DNA of 62,983 bases, filler included, from Octopus bimaculoides (taxonomy: Eukaryota): assembly GCF_001194135.2 (NCBI RefSeq). It is 4 parts of 4 records of this genome, joined end to end, with 100 filler letters (N's around TTAATTAATTAA, not from the genome) between each part and the next. Parts side by side here need not be neighbours in the genome. Positions count along the whole stretch, not along the records: positions 47,080 to 60,140 come from NC_068992.1; positions 60,241 to 62,983 come from NW_026359266.1; 2 more parts are not named here. One strand, 5' to 3'. Made by a program: the position numbers and the translations under genes. The notes beneath the pieces are model-generated. The model was not told where the DNA came from. It saw only the letters and a list, made by a program, of their open reading frames with translations, and did not search any database. This document shows positions 58,815-62,983 of this stretch, in pieces (positions within the stretch are counted from its first letter, which is position 1; each line of letters opens with the position of its first letter).

Positions 58815-59257
58815 CAGTAATCACTCACCATATCGCGGTTCACCTATCGCGGACTCCTCAGTATATCGCGAGTTTCAGCAGCCGATAGATATTTATATTT
58901 TTTTCTTTTTTTAGATTTTAATTATTTCTATGGTCAAATAAGCATTTTCAGGACTAAGAGTTAATAAATTGATAAATAAAAATACAGTTCTGTACTGCAC
59001 TGTATAACACAAATTAAAATATATCAAAAGAAACTACCGAGTGTACCATAGATGACTAAACAAAGAATCGCATACACTGTATGGAAAACGAAAGTCGGGA
59101 GGCGAGTGTGTGTTGTTTGGCATTTATAATAGAATAAATATATACAAATTATAAAATTAATAAAAAGAATTTATATAGTACTGTTTCTACTTCAGATATT
59201 TTCACCTATCGCTGGGGTTTTTGGAAGATAAAACCCGGGATAGTCGAGGGATTACTG
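58815..59257. mobile_element. pogo/Tigger-like MITE
   Basis: Left end CAGTAATCACTCACCATATCGCGG; right end reverse complement CAGTAATCCCTCGACTATC, followed by TA. Confidence 0.7.
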
Positions 59258-59354
59258 TACTTCCTATATGTTGCTCTATGAAAAACACAAACATTAATGT
59301 CATGAAAACGTTTATGATAAAAGCAGGCTGCATCACCACCACATCTCACCCACA

Positions 59355-59393
59355 GTACTGATGAAAGGGCAATAACTTTTGAAACATGCATAC
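59355..59393 (+). ncRNA. Degenerate minimal hammerhead-like motif
   Basis: GUA CUGAUGA AAGGG caauaa CUUUU GAA AC AU GC A UAC: one change (U16.1 to C) from palindrome ACAUGU plus a GUA triplet. Confidence 0.42.
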
Positions 59394-59419
59394 ATTCTGT
59401 TTACCTATTTTTTCTATCT

Positions 59420-59472
<53 letters not shown>

Positions 59473-59994
59473 AGAAAATGCATTTTGGAGTATGTATAGT
59501 AATACCATTTGCAGTGTTTCAGACATTATATAAAGCCCAATCTATTTTACAACAGAATAAAAGCTTCTTTCTATAATTTCTAACAAACAAATACAAACAT
59601 GATTAGACTATAATACGCCACGAAAATTGTATGATGAGTAAACAACATCGATTTTTAAGTATATGTACGTTACTCTAATTTTATATTGTCTGCTTTTCGG
59701 GTAGTTTCATTTTGTGTTTTTGTTGCTTTTCTCTTTTTGGCAAAGATCTTACTGCTTTTTCTATTTTTCTCTTTATATGCGGATCAAGAATTTTATTCCA
59801 GAATCAAACTAAAGTATTTTGAAGCGCCTTCTTAAACAAAATTTCAGATGTTTTAAAATGTTATCGTAACTGTCAAAATTTTACGTAAAAAATATTATTT
59901 AGTTAAGCCTATGTTTTGTTGTTATGAATTGGAAATAACATGATCAAGCCCCCCACCCAATATATAAATGTGGGGTGGGGTGGGGTGGAGTGGT

Positions 59995-60103
59995 ACAGGA
60001 GTGGTACAGGAGTGGGGTGTTGTAAGTAGCTTGCTTACCAACAACATGGTTCCAGGTTCAGTACCACTGCTTGACACCTTGGATAGGTGTCTTTAACTAT
60101 AGC

Positions 60104-60110
<7 letters not shown>
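59995..60110 (+). mobile_element. tRNA-type SINE head
   Basis: AGTAGCTTGCTTACCAACAACATGGTTCCAGGTTCAGTACCACTG matches the 37980 copy. Confidence 0.7.
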
Positions 60111-60140
<30 letters not shown>

Positions 60141-60240
60141 NNNNNNNNNNNNNNNNNNNNNNNNNNNNNNNNNNNNNNNNNNNNTTAATTAATTAANNNN
60201 NNNNNNNNNNNNNNNNNNNNNNNNNNNNNNNNNNNNNNNN

Positions 60241-60282
<42 letters not shown>

Positions 60283-62034
60283 ATAACTATATACACCTAC
60301 AGTGTATTATGTACGTATGTATGTATATAACTATATACACACCTACAGTGTATTATGTACGTATGTATGTGTATGTATGTATATTCACTGTAGATGTATC
60401 ATTTCATCATTCATAATGTCTCAAGTGTGACGAAAGAACATTTTATTAGACTCAAATAATTTATTATTTATCTTTAACAATTGATCGACTGATTTACAAT
60501 AAAATCGATAATTTAACTGAAGTGAAATACTACCTGCCCCTGTATTTTCATAAATCGAATAACCTCATAAAATTACAACACAATTTCACATGTAGAATCC
60601 GGCAAAAATTGGGAAAACGAAAATATACATATATGTGTGTTTGTGTGTATATGTATGAATAAAAAATTAAACACAAATGGCGTATAAAATTTACATCTGT
60701 TTCGATTGCATTTTATTTCATGTAATCACACCACACAATGTCCCCACTGCTGAGTTGGATGTACGGTTTTAAATTGGATTTGGTACATGCACATCTACAG
60801 AGTCCTGCAATCACTTGAAATCTCCAATGTTGTTTTCATTCACTGGGAACTCAATGTGATTGTACCTACTCAGTTTCTGGCGCCCTACACGTTGAAGTGC
60901 CTTGATTCTTAAGAAACCTCGTAACGAAATTATATGTATGCATGTATGTATGTATGTATGTATGTATGTATGTTTGTATGTGTGTAGATATTAAAGGTCG
61001 AAATTGTGATGATTTATGTTCGCTAACTGACGAGGTTCATATGCTTTCTGCGTTACTTCCTGTNNNNNNNNNNNNNNNNNNNNNNNNNNNNNNNNNNNNN
61101 NNNNNNNNNNNNNNNNNNNNNNNNNNNNNNNNNNNNNNNNNNNNNNNNNNNNNNNNNNNNNNNNNNNNNNNNNNNNNNNNNNNNNNNNNNNNNNNNNNNN
61201 NNNNNNNNNNNNNNNNNNNNNNNNNNNNNNNNNNNNNNNNNNNNNNNNNNNNNNNNNNNNNNNNNNNNNNNNNNNNNNNNNNNNNNNNNNNNNNNNNNNN
61301 NNNNNNNNNNNNNNNNNNNNNNNNNNNNNNNNNNNNNNNNNNNNNNNNNNNNNNNNNNNNNNNNNNNNNNNNNNNNNNNNNNNNNNNNNNNNNNNNNNNN
61401 NNNNNNNNNNNNNNNNNNNNNNNNNNNNNNNNNNNNNNNNNNNNNNNNNNNNNNNNNNNNNNNNNNNNNNNNNNNNNNNNNNNNNNNNNNNNNNNNNNNN
61501 NNNNNNNNNNNNNNNNNNNNNNNNNNNNNNNNNNNNNNNNNNNNNNNNNNNNNNNNNNNNNNNNNNNNNNNNNNNNNNNNNNNNNNNNNNNNNNNNNNNN
61601 NNNNNNNNNNNNNNNNNNNNNNNNNNNNNNNNNNNNNNNNNNNNNNNNNNNNNNNNNNNNNNNNNNNNNNNNNNNNNNNNNNNNNNNNNNNNNNNNNNNN
61701 NNNNNNNNNNNNNNNNNNNNNNNNNNNNNNNNNNNNNNNNNNNNNNNNNNNNNNNNNNNNNNNNNNNNNNNNNNNNNNNNNNNNNNNNNNNNNNNNNNNN
61801 NNNNNNNNNNNNNNNNNNNNNNNNNNNNNNNNNNNNNNNNNNNNNNNNNNNNNNNNNNNNNNNNNNNNNNNNNNNNNNNNNNNNNNNNNNNNNNNNNNNN
61901 NNNNNNNNNNNNNNNNNNNNNNNNNNNNNNNNNNNNNNNNNNNNNNNNNNNNNNNNNNNNNNNNNNNNNNNNNNNNNNNNNNNNNNNNNNNNNNNNNNNN
62001 NNNNNNNNNNNNNNNNNNNNNNNNNNNNNNNNNN

Positions 62035-62228
62035 NACTGTGGTCATGCTGGAGCACCGTCTTCAAAAATTCTAGTCAAGCGAATCGACCCAAGTACTTTT
62101 TCTTTAAGCCTGGTAGTAATTATTCTATTCCTCTGTTTGGCCGAACCGCTAAGTTACGCGGATGTAAACACACCAAGGCCGGTTATCAGACGGCGGCGCG
62201 GGACACAAAGACAAACACAGACACAAAG

Positions 62229-62230
<2 letters not shown>
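62035..62230 (-). mobile_element. SINE 3' half
   Basis: Reverse complement of the GCGGTTCGGC...GGTGCTCCAGCATGACC family block. Confidence 0.7.
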
Positions 62231-62263
<33 letters not shown>

Positions 62264-62983
62264 TCTATACATACACACACACACACATATATATATACAT
62301 GTATATATACACCCACCGTCCGTACATATATATATATATATTATATATATATATATATATATGTATGTATACGCTCGCACACGCACACACACAAACACAC
62401 AGGCACACATATTGTTCTAGCATTTACCATTGATAAAGATATACTCTACAAAATATACTATACCATCCATACTATGTTACCTTATATGGATATAAATTTT
62501 AAATAGTCCTCCTTAATTATACGTAGGCATGTTTCCATGACAGCAATATGCAAATGACTTCATGGCCGAAATGTTGTATATTAAATATAATTAAATATAA
62601 TTGTTTATTAAATACAATTAAATATAATTGTTTATAAATACATCATTTATAAGTAATGGAAAACTACACGACCATTACTTATTTTTGGGTCCTAAAATGA
62701 TTTATCAATATTTTATACATATTTTACTTCGACATTTATATGTCTTTACTCGCTGTATATGAACTGTAAAGAGTTTAATTTCAATAAGATTTATATACTT
62801 GACTCTAGCTTTGGCCTCGAGTACTATTTTGCCTGCATAGTTTAAGATTTGTGTACTTGCACGCACAGACACACAGACACAGACACAGGCACAGACACAC
62901 ACACATACAATGTATGTATTTGTGTATTTAGATGTATGTATACGTGTGTATGTATGTATGTATGTATGTATGTATGCATATAT

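Overview
AT-rich, microsatellite-dense animal genomic DNA with many N gaps. The repeat landscape suggests a coleoid cephalopod such as Octopus (inference). The left half holds the 3' part of one + strand spliced gene, a RUNDC3A/B (RPIP8)-type RUN-domain protein: seven GT-AG exons from 3984 to 25076, 1479 nt, frame-consistent at all six junctions, 492 aa partial. Its 5' exons were not found in the window. The rest is intronic or intergenic repeat: tRNA-type SINEs, LINE fragments, decayed DNA transposons (mariner DD34D, rosa-like with long TIRs, Tc1, hAT/Buster, pogo-like MITE, Merlin-like MITE, non-autonomous Helitron) and several foldback elements. The most notable signal is nine hammerhead-ribozyme (HHR)-like motifs from at least five unrelated sequence families, read by eye on both strands. 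Two have a fully canonical catalytic core (52461-52547 minus; 33601-33644 plus), most have a palindromic helix III, and two sit inside inverted-repeat foldback elements. This resembles Penelope-like/retrozyme-type non-autonomous retroelements. Ribozyme activity and novelty are untested here. Most ORFs in the supplied track are microsatellite or N-gap artefacts.
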